A stretch of 64,000 bases of DNA, from positions 32,001 to 96,000 of the forward strand of contig CAVQRZ010000023.1 of NCBI GenBank assembly GCA_963715335.1. Direction: 5' to 3'. Both the position numbers and the translations under genes were made by a program. The notes beneath the pieces were generated by a model, which made no database searches, was not told the origin of the DNA, and saw only the letters and a list, made by a program, of their open reading frames with translations. The stretch is from an uncultured delta proteobacterium (GTDB lineage: Bacteria > Desulfobacterota > Desulfuromonadia > Desulfuromonadales > BM103). Below are positions 22,242 to 33,383 of the stretch, one piece after another. How positions within the stretch are numbered: the first letter of the stretch is position 1; each line of letters starts with the position of its first letter.

Positions 22242-22706
22242 CTACGCTTGAGCGCCTTTGGCCAGGATGTCCTTGAGTTCGGACATAAATTCGTTGATAT
22301 CGCGGAATTGCCGGTAGACGGAGGCAAATCGCACATATGCAACTTCGTCGATTGATTGTAGTGCGCCCATGACCGCCTCACCGATACGACTGGCGGCGAT
22401 CTCCTTCTCACCACTTTCCTGCAGGGTAAGCTCCATCTGGTCGACAACTTTCTCGATGGTAGAAATAGAGACCGGACGCTTTTCACAGGCGCGCTGAATT
22501 CCGGAAATGATTTTCTGACGGTCAAAAGTTTCCCGTCGACCATCTTTCTTGATCACCAGGGGCAGAGTTTCTTCGACCCGCTCATAGGTTGTGAAACGTC
22601 GCTCGCAATCGATACATTCACGGCGTCTGCGAATATTATTGCCTTCCTTGCCGAGACGGGAGTCCACAACGCGTGTATCATCATGACTGCAAAACGGACA
22701 TTTCAT
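22242..22706 (-). CDS. nrdR: Transcriptional repressor NrdR
   Basis: MKCPFC, RRRREC, RFTTYE, ATP cone, [10 protein letters not shown]. Confidence 0.99.
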   Translation of the reverse strand: MKCPFCSHDDTRVVDSRLGKEGNNIRRRRECIDCERRFTTYERVEETLPLVIKKDGRRETFDRQKIISGIQRACEKRPVSISTIEKVVDQMELTLQESGEKEIAASRIGEAVMGALQSIDEVAYVRFASVYRQFRDINEFMSELKDILAKGAQA

Positions 22707-22708
22707 AA

Positions 22709-23179
22709 TCAGTCTCCTGGTGTTTTACCAACAACTTCGGCAAAAAGTCGGGTCTCAATTCCAGCCTCTTCAAGCATCTCCATGGACAGTTTGTCAGAGT
22801 ATCCCTCGAGGTAAATAACTTTGCGGATGCCGGCATTGATCAGCATCTTCGTGCAGATGATGCAGGGTGAATTTGTGCAATACAGAGTCGAGTCAGAAAT
22901 GTTCACCCCATGCCTGGCCGCCTGGATTATCGCATTCTGCTCGGCATGCAGGCCACGGCACAGCTCGTGGCGCTCTCCGGAGGGAACATTCAATTGCTCA
23001 CGCAGACATCCGGTCACATCACAGTGCGTAATCCCCGACGGGGTGCCATTGTAACCGGTGGTGAGAATGTTCTTCTGTTTGACCATGACCGCACCAACCC
23101 GGCGGCGCATGCAGGTCGAACGTTTCGCCACCAGGCTGGCAATGTCCATGAAATATTCGTCCCAGGACGGTCTTTGCAT
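22709..23179 (-). CDS. Deoxycytidylate deaminase family protein
   Basis: [19 protein letters not shown], PCxxC; start ATG 23179. Confidence 0.93.
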   Translation of the reverse strand: MQRPSWDEYFMDIASLVAKRSTCMRRRVGAVMVKQKNILTTGYNGTPSGITHCDVTGCLREQLNVPSGERHELCRGLHAEQNAIIQAARHGVNISDSTLYCTNSPCIICTKMLINAGIRKVIYLEGYSDKLSMEMLEEAGIETRLFAEVVGKTPGD

Positions 23180-24429
23180 TAAACAAGCCTGTGGGCGTAA
23201 AGCGGGAACTGCTTGCACAGCTCGCTTATTTCTCCGCGGATCCTGGCCAGCACGGCGTCATTTTCAATGTTCTGCAGGGCTTCATCAATCCATGCGCCAA
23301 TCTGTCGCATCTCATTTTCCTTCAAGCCACGAGTCGTGCTTGCCGGCGTACCGATGCGGACCCCGCTGGTAACAAATGGTGAGCGCGTATCAAAAGGCAC
23401 GGCATTCTTGTTAACGGTAATTCCTGCCTTTTCGAGCGTTTCCTCGGCGACCTTGCCAGTCAGGTCGCTGCCGCCGAAATCAACCAGCATCAGGTGGTTG
23501 TCAGTCCCTCCCGAGACGAGGGTGTAGCCACGTGCAACCAGTTCTGCAGCAAGGGCCTGGGCGTTTTTGACGACCTGCCCGGCATAGTCCTTGAATTCTG
23601 CTGTCAAGGCCTCCTTGAGAGCGACGGCTTTGGCCGCGATAACATGCATCAGCGGTCCACCCTGGATGCCGGGGAAGATATTGCTGTTCAGCTTCTTGGC
23701 AAATTCTTCCTGACAGAGGATCATGCCGCCGCGGGGGCCACGCAGGGTTTTATGCGTCGTGGTCGTCACGTATTCCGCATGCGGGACCGGTGAGGGATGG
23801 ACACCAGCAGCGACCAGACCGGCGATATGTGCCATATCAACCATGACCGGCGCACCGACCATGTCGGCAATCCGGCGAAAAGCTTCAAAGTCGATTGTCC
23901 GCGGATAAGCGCTGGCCCCGACCACGATCAGCTTGGGTCGGTGCTCTTTGGCCAACGACTCCACTTCGTCGTAATCGATCCTGCCGGTATCCCGGCGAAT
24001 CCCATATGGGACAATGTTGAATAATTTACCGGAGAAGTTGACCGGAGAGCCATGGGTAAGGTGACCGCCATGGGCCAGGTTCATACCCAGGACCGTGTCG
24101 CCCGGCTGGCAGGCGGCGAAATAAACCGCCATATTGGCCTGAGAGCCCGAATGAGCCTGAACATTGACATGTTCGGCACCAAACAGTTGCTTGGCACGAT
24201 CGATCGCCAATTGTTCGACGACATCAACAAATTCGCAACCGCCGTAATACCTTTTGGCAGGGTAGCCTTCGGCGTACTTGTTGGTCAGAACGGAACCTTG
24301 TGCAGCGAGGACTTCCTCACTGACAAAGTTTTCCGAGGCAATAAACTCCAGACTGTATTCCTGACGCTCCGTCTCCTGACGGATCGCTGCAGTGATTTCA
24401 GGGTCGAATTGAGCGAGCTTGTCAAACAT
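23179..24429 (-). CDS. glyA: Serine hydroxymethyltransferase
   Basis: [27 protein letters not shown]. Confidence 0.99.
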   Translation of the reverse strand: MFDKLAQFDPEITAAIRQETERQEYSLEFIASENFVSEEVLAAQGSVLTNKYAEGYPAKRYYGGCEFVDVVEQLAIDRAKQLFGAEHVNVQAHSGSQANMAVYFAACQPGDTVLGMNLAHGGHLTHGSPVNFSGKLFNIVPYGIRRDTGRIDYDEVESLAKEHRPKLIVVGASAYPRTIDFEAFRRIADMVGAPVMVDMAHIAGLVAAGVHPSPVPHAEYVTTTTHKTLRGPRGGMILCQEEFAKKLNSNIFPGIQGGPLMHVIAAKAVALKEALTAEFKDYAGQVVKNAQALAAELVARGYTLVSGGTDNHLMLVDFGGSDLTGKVAEETLEKAGITVNKNAVPFDTRSPFVTSGVRIGTPASTTRGLKENEMRQIGAWIDEALQNIENDAVLARIRGEISELCKQFPLYAHRLV

Positions 24430-24510
24430 TGACACAAACCTCCAGTTTAATGATCGGGAACCTTGCTTAAAATAAAACGGGCAGGCACTGGGCCTGCCCG
24501 CACACACCAA

Positions 24511-24966
24511 CTATATTCTGCCGGCGCGGAGGTCTTCTTCCAGCCGGGAGATCTTGTCGAGGCGCCGTTGATGACGACCAGCCTCGTAAGGTGAATCAAG
24601 CCACACGTTCACCATCTTTACGGCCAGGTCTTCGGCAAGGACCCGGCCACCCAAAACCAGAACGTTGGCATTGTTATGTTCTTTGGCCATTTGAGCCATA
24701 AACTCATCGGTTGCAAGAGCAGCGCGCACTCCAGGAAACTTGTTGGCCACAATTGACATACCAATACCCGTTCCGCAGACCAGGATACCAAGCTCAACAT
24801 CGCCGCGGGCAACAGCACCGGCTACTTTTTCCGCAAAATCCGGATAATCGACCGAATCGCCGTTGTCCGTTCCATAGTCGTCGACGTCCAGGCCGCGTAC
24901 AGCCAGGGCGGACTTGATGGCTTCTTTCAGTGCCAGCCCACCGTGGTCACTTCCGACAGCAATCAT
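24511..24966 (-). CDS. rpiB: Ribose 5-phosphate isomerase B
   Basis: SDHGG, DYPD, CGTGIG, HNNAN, GRH. Confidence 0.97.
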   Translation of the reverse strand: MIAVGSDHGGLALKEAIKSALAVRGLDVDDYGTDNGDSVDYPDFAEKVAGAVARGDVELGILVCGTGIGMSIVANKFPGVRAALATDEFMAQMAKEHNNANVLVLGGRVLAEDLAVKMVNVWLDSPYEAGRHQRRLDKISRLEEDLRAGRI

Positions 24967-24968
24967 GA

Positions 24969-26201
24969 TCAGACCTTGCGGAAAAGAATTGTCGCATTGG
25001 TGCCGCCGAATCCGAGCGAATTGGAAAGAGCGACTTTCACGTCTGCCTGGCGGGCGTGGTTCGGCACGTAATCGAGATCACACTCAGGATCCGGCTCCGT
25101 ATAGTTGATCGTCGGCGGCACGACCCCGTGAGTTATGGCCAGAAGCGTGAAAATTGCCTCTACACCGCCGGCTGCGCCGAGCAGATGCCCGGTCATGCTC
25201 TTGGTCGAGCTGATCATTAACTTGCGGGCGTGGTCACCGAACACCGACTTGATCGCCATCGTCTCGTAGAGATCGTTGAATGGCGTGGACGTGCCGTGGG
25301 CATTAATGTAATCGACATCTTCGGGATTCAGCCCGGCCGTATCAAGAGCCATCTGCATGCAGCGGGCCGCGCCCTCACCACCTGGCGACGGTGCGGTCAG
25401 GTGATAAGCATCAGCGGTCAGGCCATAGCCGAGAACCTCGCCGTAGATTCGGGCCCCCCGCTTTTTCGCCGACTCATATTCTTCGAGAACAACGATACCG
25501 GAGCCCTCACCCATAACAAAACCATCGCGGTTCTTATCAAAAGGACGGCTTGCCGCGGTCGGATCGTCGTTGCGGGTTGACAGCGCCTTCATAACAGAAA
25601 AGCCGCCGATACCGAGAGAACAGACTGTCGACTCGGCGCCGCCAGAGATAACCGCGTCGGCATCGCCACGCTGGATCATACGAAAAGCATCGCCGATGGC
25701 ATGCGTGCCCGTGGCACAAGCTGACACAGGGGCGATATTGGGCCCCTTGGCACCATGCTTTATGGAAATTTGGCCGGCGGCCAGATTGATAATCGACATC
25801 GGGATAAAGAAAGGGCTGATTTTACGATAACCCCCTTCAATCAATGCACTGTGGTATCTCTCTATGGACGGCAGCCCGCCCATTCCCGAGCCGACGACAA
25901 CACCGACACGTTCCGCGTTATCGTCATTGATCTCGAGACCTGAATCAGCAATCGCCATGGTTGCAGCGGCAAGTGCATAATGGATAAAGAGGTCCATCTT
26001 GCGGGCCTCTTTCTTGTCAATAAAATCATCAAGGGGCAAGTCCCTGATTTCACCGGCAAACTTGACTGGAAAATCGGTCGTGTCAAAATGAGTAATCGGC
26101 CCGATTCCGGAACGACCACTGGTCAACGCATCCCAGTTTTTTTCGAGACCGGTTCCCAAAGGGGAAGTGATTCCCAGACCTGTTACAACGACTCTGCGCA
26201 T
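24969..26201 (-). CDS. fabF: 3-oxoacyl-ACP synthase II
   Basis: [30 protein letters not shown]; start ATG 26201. Confidence 0.98.
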   Translation of the reverse strand: MRRVVVTGLGITSPLGTGLEKNWDALTSGRSGIGPITHFDTTDFPVKFAGEIRDLPLDDFIDKKEARKMDLFIHYALAAATMAIADSGLEINDDNAERVGVVVGSGMGGLPSIERYHSALIEGGYRKISPFFIPMSIINLAAGQISIKHGAKGPNIAPVSACATGTHAIGDAFRMIQRGDADAVISGGAESTVCSLGIGGFSVMKALSTRNDDPTAASRPFDKNRDGFVMGEGSGIVVLEEYESAKKRGARIYGEVLGYGLTADAYHLTAPSPGGEGAARCMQMALDTAGLNPEDVDYINAHGTSTPFNDLYETMAIKSVFGDHARKLMISSTKSMTGHLLGAAGGVEAIFTLLAITHGVVPPTINYTEPDPECDLDYVPNHARQADVKVALSNSLGFGGTNATILFRKV

Positions 26202-26312
26202 GAGGGTTATCTCCTCCAGACACAAAACCAGTCCCCGACAACCCGCCTGGGTCGCCGGGGAAGGTCATGTTATATATGACAACCTCGCTTAAATCCTGTG
26301 GTTGCCCGAAAC

Positions 26313-26546
26313 TTAGGCACCTTCGCCGATATAATCGATGGCATCCTGAACCGTCTGAATTTTTTCAGCATCCTCATCGGAGATCTCGATGTCGAATTCT
26401 TCCTCCAGGGCCATTACCAGCTCAACTGTATCCAGGGAGTCCGCACCGAGGTCGTCCATAAAAGACGCTTCGTTGGTCACCTGGTCCTCATCCACCCCCA
26501 ACTGTTCTGCAACAATCTGCTTGATACGCTCGTTAATACTGGACAT
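26313..26546 (-). CDS. acpP: Acyl carrier protein
   Basis: [12 protein letters not shown]. Confidence 0.99.
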   Translation of the reverse strand: MSSINERIKQIVAEQLGVDEDQVTNEASFMDDLGADSLDTVELVMALEEEFDIEISDEDAEKIQTVQDAIDYIGEGA

Positions 26547-26618
26547 TGTAGATCCTCCTTTTGGTTTCGATTCGATCTGTGACCGTCTCGTTTATGTTGT
26601 GTATCATCCACCGGTTGT

Positions 26619-27356
26619 TTACATATACATGCCGCCATTAACTCCCAGGACCTGACCGGTCACATAAGATGACTGGTCAGAACAGAGGAAGATTACGGCA
26701 TTTGCGATATCATTCACCTCACCAAGCCGCCCCAGCGGAATCTGCTCGGTCATTGCCTCACGAGCTTTATCCGTCATGCCGTCCGTCATATCCGTGACAA
26801 TAAAGCCAGGCGTAATGGCATTAACAGTCACGTTTCGTCGCGCCAGCTCGCGCGCAACAGACTTGGTCAAGCCGAGCAGTCCGGCCTTACTGGCACAGTA
26901 GTTCGCCTGGCCGGCGTTACCCATTTCACCAACGACTGACGAGATGTTGACAATCCGACCCGACCTTTGTTTGCTCATAACCTTTGCCGCGGCACGAATA
27001 CAGAGGAAAGCCCCTTTCAGATTCGTGTCAAGGACCGCGTCCCAGTCTTCGTCCTTCATGCGAAGCAGAAGACCGTCACGGGTAATGCCGGCGTTGTTGA
27101 CCAGGATGTCAACCTGACCATACACGTCAACAGCCTGTCCGATAAGGTGTGCGGCATCGGTGCCGACAGCGATATCACCAGCAACAGCGGTCGCCTCACC
27201 GCCCTGCCCCTTGATCTCGGCGACGAGAGTATCCAGAGCTTCAGCGTTTCGGGCCGACGCAACAACTTTAGCGCCTTGTGCGGCAAGTGCAAGAGCAATT
27301 GCGCGACCAATGCCGCGTGAAGCACCGGTCACTATAGCAACCTTTTCCGTCAACAT
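26619..27356 (-). CDS. fabG: 3-oxoacyl-ACP reductase
   Basis: TGASRGIG, NNAGITRD, YCASK. Confidence 0.98.
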   Translation of the reverse strand: MLTEKVAIVTGASRGIGRAIALALAAQGAKVVASARNAEALDTLVAEIKGQGGEATAVAGDIAVGTDAAHLIGQAVDVYGQVDILVNNAGITRDGLLLRMKDEDWDAVLDTNLKGAFLCIRAAAKVMSKQRSGRIVNISSVVGEMGNAGQANYCASKAGLLGLTKSVARELARRNVTVNAITPGFIVTDMTDGMTDKAREAMTEQIPLGRLGEVNDIANAVIFLCSDQSSYVTGQVLGVNGGMYM

Positions 27357-27375
27357 GTCAAGAATTCCTCCAAGG

Positions 27376-28297
27376 TTATACGGTTAACGCACTGATATCA
27401 GGTGACATTTTGTACGTTCTGAACAGTGCACTCCTTGGCCATCCGCTTGACCAGTCCAGCAAGGACTTTACCAGGGCCAATCTCAATATAACGATCGACG
27501 CCAAGCTTGACCATGCAGGCGATTGACTCTTCCCAGCGAACCGGCGCACTAACCTGATCAACCAGCAACTGGCAGACACGCGACGAGTCCTGGTTGAGAG
27601 TCGCCTCAACATTCGTTATCACCGGGACCGTCATGGCGCCGACCTTGATAGCGGCAAGGATGCCTGCCAATCGTTCACCGGCAGGGGCCATCAGGCTGCA
27701 ATGGAATGGAGCGCTGACAGGCAGCGGCAAAGCACGCTTGGCGCCATTCTCCTTGGCCAGGGCTATGGCACGGTCTACGGCTTCGGTATGCCCTGCAATA
27801 ACCACCTGCCCTGCACTGTTGAAATTTGCCGGAGAAACTACCTGCCCCTGAGCTGCATCGTTGCAAACCTTGTCCAAGGCCTCCATATCAAGGCCCAGAA
27901 TTGCTGCCATGGCGCCAGTGCCTACCGGAACAGCTTGCTGCATGAAGGTGCCGCGCTGGCGGACAATCCGCACCGCATCGGCAAAGGTCAGGGCGCTGGC
28001 ACAGACCAGGGCACTGTATTCGCCTAGGGAATGGCCTGCTGCACAATTCGGAGCAATCCCGGTCTCGGTCTCCAGAACACGCAGTGCTGCAATACTGGTT
28101 GTGAGTATTGCCGGTTGCGTATTGGCTGTCAACTTCAGATCTTCCTCGGGGCCGTTGAAACAGAGAGACGCCAGGTCAACACCCAAAGCGTCGTTCGCCT
28201 CTTCGAAAACTTGCCTGGCAATCGGAAAGTTCTCCGCAAGGTCCTTGCCCATTCCGGCATATTGTGACCCCTGTCCGGGGAACAGAAAAGCAATCAT
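27376..28297 (-). CDS. fabD: Malonyl CoA-ACP transacylase (possible +1 indel near 27401 shortens the C-terminus; as read it stops at 27398)
   Basis: FPGQGSQ, GHSLGEY, SAPFH; start ATG 28297. Confidence 0.96.
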
Positions 28298-28316
28298 ATC
28301 GATTCGAACTCCAAAC

Positions 28317-29297
28317 TTACCAGCGCAGACAGGTTGCAGCCCAGGTGAAGCCGCCACCAAAAGCATTCATTACAATAATGTCGTTCTTTTTCAATTTTCC
28401 GGCCCGATTCGCTTCATCAAGGGCCAGGGGGATCGTCGCCGCAGACGTATTACCGAAGCGATCGACATTAATATAAACCCTCTCAGCAGGCAGCTTCATC
28501 CGTTTCGCCGTTGCTTCAAGAATCCGGATATTGGCCTGGTGCGGAATCAGAAGGTCAACATCGTCAACCGTCATGCCATTGGCATCGAGTGCTTCCTGGG
28601 CAACTTCTGCCAGCATCTTTACCGCAACCTTGAAAACCTCGTTGCCCTGCATCTTCAAAAAATAACCACGATCACGGACAAGCTCCTCAGTCGGCGTCAC
28701 GGCAGTGCCGAACCCCGGTTGGTACAGTAACTCAAGATATGATCCGTCAGCGTGCAAATGTGAAGAGAGAATGCCCCGCTCACCTTCCCGGGCCTCAAGG
28801 ACCACAGCGCCGGCTGCGTCGCCGAACAGAAGACAGGTGTTGCGGTCATTGTAATCAACGATGCGTGAGAGCGTTTCTGCACCGATGACCAGCGCCCGTT
28901 TAATCGCGCCCGATTCAATCTGGGCGACCGCATTGCTCAGCGCATAGAGGAAACCGCTACAGGCCGCAGAAATATCGAAAGCCCCGCACTGCCTGGCGCC
29001 GAGCTTGTTCTGAACGATACAGGCCGTTGCCGGCCACGGATAATCTCCGGTGATCGTAGCTACAATGATCAAGTCAATATCTTCAGCCTTGATGCCGGCC
29101 ATATCAAGGGCGTTACGGGCGGCATGAACACACAGATCGGAGGTGTTCTCACCTTCAGCAGCGATATGTCGCTCGCGAATGCCAGTGCGGGCCACAATCC
29201 ACTCATCGGTGGTGTCGAGATACTTCTCGAAATCCTGATTGGTGAGAATTTTTTCAGGGACGTAAGATCCGGTACCGGTAATCCGTACTTTAATCAC
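28317..29297 (-). CDS. fabH: 3-oxoacyl-ACP synthase III
   Basis: AACSGF, HQAN, GNTSAA, FGGGFTW. Confidence 0.98.
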   Translation of the reverse strand: MIKVRITGTGSYVPEKILTNQDFEKYLDTTDEWIVARTGIRERHIAAEGENTSDLCVHAARNALDMAGIKAEDIDLIIVATITGDYPWPATACIVQNKLGARQCGAFDISAACSGFLYALSNAVAQIESGAIKRALVIGAETLSRIVDYNDRNTCLLFGDAAGAVVLEAREGERGILSSHLHADGSYLELLYQPGFGTAVTPTEELVRDRGYFLKMQGNEVFKVAVKMLAEVAQEALDANGMTVDDVDLLIPHQANIRILEATAKRMKLPAERVYINVDRFGNTSAATIPLALDEANRAGKLKKNDIIVMNAFGGGFTWAATCLRW

Positions 29298-29321
29298 TTT
29301 TCTGCTCCTTGCGGTGTGCAG

Positions 29322-30368
29322 TTAACTGACAGCTTCAGCAGGATCAGCATCATCCTTGATTTCCATGCGAACTTCATCGAGACGTTCAATCATGCGTTTC
29401 TCTACCTGGCGTTTACCGTAATCATGAGCCATCTTGATAGCGTTCATGATCGCTCTCGGGCTGGAACTGCCGTGGCAAATCATGGCAGTACCCTGGATGC
29501 CTAACAGGGGGGCGCCGCCATATTCGGCATAATCAACCTTTTTGCGGAACGCTTTCAGGGAGGGCTTTACCAGAAAATAGCCGATTTTAGACATGAGTCT
29601 GGAACTGAGTTCCCTGCGCAGCATCAGCCCCATTGCTTCTGCAAGGCCTTCTGAAACTTTCAGCACGACGTTCCCGACAAAACCGTCACAGACAACCACA
29701 TCGAGCTTGCCATTGTAAATATCGCGGCCTTCGGAATAACCAGCGTAATTCAAGGAGGTATCCTTGAGTTTCAGGTTGGTCAGGCGTGTCAGTTCATTCC
29801 CCTTGGACTCTTCTTCCCCATTTGACAGCAACCCGACACGCGGAGATTTTTTTTCGAACATCTGGGCACTGAAAACGCTCCCCATCAGGGCAAACTGGAG
29901 AAGATGCAAGGGTTTGCAGTCTACGGTGCCGCCAACGTCAAGGATAATCGTCTGGTCCTTCAGGTTCGGGACCACAGTTGCAATCGCCGGGCGGTCAATC
30001 CCTGGGATGCGTTTCAGCACAAACATCCCGGCGGCCATCGTGGCGCCGGAATTACCGGTACTCACAACCGCGCTGGCTTGCCCCTGTTTGACCAGGTCAA
30101 AGGCAACGCGAATTGACGAATCCTTTTTCTTGCGGACCGCATCAGAGGCCGAATCGTGCATGCCGACAACTTCACTCGCCTGCACGACCTTTATATCAAG
30201 GCCCTGGATATCGTGGTTTGCCAGCTCCTGTTCAACAAGTTCGGAGCGACCAACCAGGATAATAGGAATCTGCCACTTTCGGGCAGCCATGACTGCACCG
30301 GCAACTTCATGGGCAGGAGCGTTATCTCCCCCCATGACATCAATGGCGACGATAGGACGACTATTCAA
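29322..30368 (-). CDS. plsX: Phosphate acyltransferase PlsX
   Basis: [26 protein letters not shown]. Confidence 0.98.
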   Translation of the reverse strand: MNSRPIVAIDVMGGDNAPAHEVAGAVMAARKWQIPIILVGRSELVEQELANHDIQGLDIKVVQASEVVGMHDSASDAVRKKKDSSIRVAFDLVKQGQASAVVSTGNSGATMAAGMFVLKRIPGIDRPAIATVVPNLKDQTIILDVGGTVDCKPLHLLQFALMGSVFSAQMFEKKSPRVGLLSNGEEESKGNELTRLTNLKLKDTSLNYAGYSEGRDIYNGKLDVVVCDGFVGNVVLKVSEGLAEAMGLMLRRELSSRLMSKIGYFLVKPSLKAFRKKVDYAEYGGAPLLGIQGTAMICHGSSSPRAIMNAIKMAHDYGKRQVEKRMIERLDEVRMEIKDDADPAEAVS

Positions 30369-30379
30369 AGGAAGCGCCC

Positions 30380-30559
30380 TTATGCTTCAGTGTTGAGGAC
30401 TTCCTTGCCCTTGTAGCTGCCACAGGAAGGACAAGCGCGATGAGCCTGTTTGGGTTCCTTGCATTGCGGGCAGAGAGCGATACCGGGAGTTTTCAAGCTG
30501 TCATGGGAGCGGCGCATATTGCGCTTGGATTTCGAGGTTTTTTTCTTCGGGACTGCCAT
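30380..30559 (-). CDS. rpmF: 50S ribosomal protein L32 (59 aa, below the ORF-track cut-off)
   Basis: Manual translation [19 protein letters not shown]...CPQC...[12 protein letters not shown]. Confidence 0.98.
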   Translation of the reverse strand: MAVPKKKTSKSKRNMRRSHDSLKTPGIALCPQCKEPKQAHRACPSCGSYKGKEVLNTEA

Positions 30560-30633
30560 TGTCTAAGAGTCTCCTTAAAATATGCCGATTTTCTGGTCTG
30601 ATATGTTGGTGGGCGCCATGCCCTTGTTCCTGG

Positions 30634-31173
30634 CTATTCTACTCTGAAGTTTTTCAATGCGGCAAGGCCTGCATGAAAAACCGGCGGTTCGCATGGACAT
30701 TGTCTCTGGTTCAGATCGACGCCGCAAACCGGACACAGCCCTTTACAGTCATCTCCGCAAATGAGTTGCTGCGGTAAAGCCATGACAATCTCCTGCTCGA
30801 CATCAGGCCGCAGGTCAATCTCCGTACCGGAGTAGGTTATCAGGCCCAGCTCTTCCCCCTGGATTTCCAAATCCTCGGCGATGTTTGCTTCGTCACTGGC
30901 CAGGTCGCTGTAACAGAACAACGCCTGAATCTCCAGATGACTGGTGACGGGCTTCAGACAGCGGGCGCACGATGACGTTACCGTTGTCTCCAGATTGCCG
31001 CCCACCTCGATGATCTTACCTGCCCAGGTTGCAGTCAAAGTACCGTGGATAGTATCATTAAAGACCACCGTTCCCTGATCAATGAGCTCACGCAGGAATG
31101 TGAAGCCGGAGGCCTGCTCATCAATCTCGATCCGGCGCGGCCGCCTTTTCAGCTTGTCGATCTGTATAAGCAC
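30634..31173 (-). CDS. yceD: DUF177/YceD family protein
   Basis: CARCL, CGDDCKGLCPVCG; upstream of rpmF. Confidence 0.93.
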   Translation of the reverse strand: MLIQIDKLKRRPRRIEIDEQASGFTFLRELIDQGTVVFNDTIHGTLTATWAGKIIEVGGNLETTVTSSCARCLKPVTSHLEIQALFCYSDLASDEANIAEDLEIQGEELGLITYSGTEIDLRPDVEQEIVMALPQQLICGDDCKGLCPVCGVDLNQRQCPCEPPVFHAGLAALKNFRVE

Positions 31174-31386
31174 GACAATTCACCTCATTCCAACTCAGGC
31201 AGGGCGCCAGTATAGGAACCTCTCGGCAACAGTCAAGAGGTTTTCATCCCAGCCTGAAACCAAGTCCTCTCTATTAACGTATTAAAGATAAATTTGCAAG
31301 TCTTAAGTGCCCCGAAATTACGGTCACTTGCAATCTCTTATGAGCTGCGGTAGAAGGAGTTAACACAGTTTGGGAAAAGATCCAAT

Positions 31387-32076
31387 ATGACTCATAAACT
31401 CCCCCATGAAAGCATTGCCACCCTGCTGCAAATCATGCGCGACCTGAGAGCCCCGGATGGTTGCCCATGGGATGTGGAACAGACTCCGGAAAGCCTGACA
31501 CCATACATTCTTGAGGAAGCCTGCGAGTTGATAGATGCCATTGAAGAAGGCGACTCGGAGCTCATACTCGATGAACTTGGCGATCTGCTTCTGCAGGTTG
31601 TGTTCCTGTCGCAAATTTTTTCGGAGCGGCATGAGTTTGATTTTTATGACGTGTCGGCGTGTATTGCAGAAAAGCTCCTGCGACGCCACCCCCATGTCTT
31701 TGCTCGTGAAGACCATGATTCTGCAACGGCCGAACTGGACACTCAGTGGGAAACAATCAAACGTTCTGAAGCGACCCACAACAAAAGCTGCCTCGCAGAC
31801 CATCTGCCAGGTAAGCTGCCAGCCCTGCAACGTGCGCAGAAACTGGTCGCCAGGGCGTACAAGGCAGAGCGTCAGCAGGAATTACCCGACTACAACGGAA
31901 TTTCTGAAATGGCAGACTGGATCGCAGACCAGGGCAAAGATCGGGTCATCGATGAAGAAATCATTGGCCGACTCCTGTTCCAACTGGTACGCGCATCACA
32001 TGATACAGGCCTTGACGCCGAAACAGCCTTACGCAAGACAACCCGCAAATTATTACAGGAGCTGGACAGAGAATGA
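31387..32076 (+). CDS. mazG: MazG nucleoside triphosphate pyrophosphohydrolase (second domain degenerate)
   Basis: GCPWD, EEACE, DELGDLLLQV, RRHPHVF. Confidence 0.93.
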   Translation: MTHKLPHESIATLLQIMRDLRAPDGCPWDVEQTPESLTPYILEEACELIDAIEEGDSELILDELGDLLLQVVFLSQIFSERHEFDFYDVSACIAEKLLRRHPHVFAREDHDSATAELDTQWETIKRSEATHNKSCLADHLPGKLPALQRAQKLVARAYKAERQQELPDYNGISEMADWIADQGKDRVIDEEIIGRLLFQLVRASHDTGLDAETALRKTTRKLLQELDRE

Positions 32077-32166
32077 AGCCGTCTCCCGCCCTGACGCTTG
32101 CCGGATTGCAATGAACTTCCCCGGGCTGGTAAATGCCGATATTCAAAAAAACGAAGTGTTTCAAGC

Positions 32167-32223
32167 ATCTCCACACCTTGTCCACAAAAAGTGTGGACAA
32201 GGTGTGGAAAACCATGTGTACAA
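32167..32223. promoter_or_regulatory. Cluster of five DnaA-box-like 9-mers, four of them in a 17-bp-arm palindrome
   Basis: ATCTCCACA, TTGTCCACA | TGTGGACAA, TGTGGAAAA, TGTGTACAA. Confidence 0.7.
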
Positions 32224-32387
32224 ACTAAACCTAAATCGGCTTTATAACCACTTCAGCTATATGCCCAAAAAATGTGCACTTTTTTTGTTCCATAAAAACG
32301 GATAGTTACCAAATAATCCGTTCAAAAACTATATATGATGTTTATTAGTAAAGCCTTCATTGCCTGAAATCCATTAAGCGAGGTGCC

Positions 32388-32780
32388 ATGTTTATAAAAC
32401 TCCTGTTAATCTTTGTTTTTGTACCGGTTATGGAGCTGTACATACTGATTGAGGCGGGCCGCATAATCGGCATCGGTGCGACCATTGGCCTGATCATGTT
32501 GACAGGGGTTGCCGGGGCCTGGCTCGCTCGGAGTCAGGGATTGGAAATCTTGAGAAGAATCCAACAGGACACTGCCAACGGCCAGATGCCAGCCCGGACT
32601 CTGATTGACGGCGCGCTGGTTTTAGTCGGTGGCTTGCTGCTGCTGACACCGGGCTTTTTCACAGATGCTCTCGGTTTCAGCTTGCTGGTTCCGATCACAC
32701 GTGAGCTGTGGCGAAAAGGTCTGACTGCGTGGCTGGAAAAGCAGATTCGACAAGGTTCTGTGACGGTCTATCGAATGTAG
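32388..32780 (+). CDS. fxsA: FxsA family membrane protein
   Basis: PVMELYILI, LARSQG, LLLTPGFFTD. Confidence 0.95.
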   Translation: MFIKLLLIFVFVPVMELYILIEAGRIIGIGATIGLIMLTGVAGAWLARSQGLEILRRIQQDTANGQMPARTLIDGALVLVGGLLLLTPGFFTDALGFSLLVPITRELWRKGLTAWLEKQIRQGSVTVYRM

Positions 32781-32789
32781 GAGGCGATC

Positions 32790-33381
32790 CGGAACGTTCA
32801 ACCAGACTTCACGACAGAGAGGGCAACAGATGGTTCATCTGTTGCCCTGGTTCCTTTTCTTGAAATACTTAAAAGCAAAACCGGCGGGTCGCGTCCCGCC
32901 CGACGCCATACTTTTGTCCGGCAACAAAAGTATGCAAAAGTGCCTGCTCCTTGCGGAGGGCATCTCCTCTGCCGGGTTTCTGTGACTTCAAGAACCTGCT
33001 GTAATGGGAATCCGGCCCTGTGTCAAAGGGCCTGACCTTTCTGTGCGATTTACCAGGGAAAAGCCAAAACAATTACTACCGACGCAAACCTCCACGAAAG
33101 GAGAGGCTCTCAAGAGCCTCGGTTCCTGCGGGGGAAATGTAGAATCTTAATCGGTTAGTATGGTCTGAATTGAGGTTGCCGCCTTGACGCGCCAGACATG
33201 CCCAGCGCAGCGCAGGCCTTTTTCTGCTTACTCTTTTGGGCCAGCAAAAGAGTAAGGCGCAGTCGGGGGGCGCAACCCCCGGGTTTTGCCTTTGTCTTTG
33301 AATTCTAGAGAACAACAGCAAAGGGCAACAGATGGTAAATCTGTTGCCCTAAACTTCATAAACACTCCACCTGACAGGCAA
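32790..33381 (+). mobile_element. Composite repeat, copy D (outer ends eroded)
   Basis: Hairpins 32821-32847 and 33323-33349; inner module closely matches copy C. Confidence 0.92.
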
Positions 33382-33383
33382 CA

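Noticed and set aside
32167..32350. DnaA-box cluster as the chromosomal origin
   Set aside because: No dnaA, dnaN or gidA nearby, and the minus-strand gene bias is the same on both sides.
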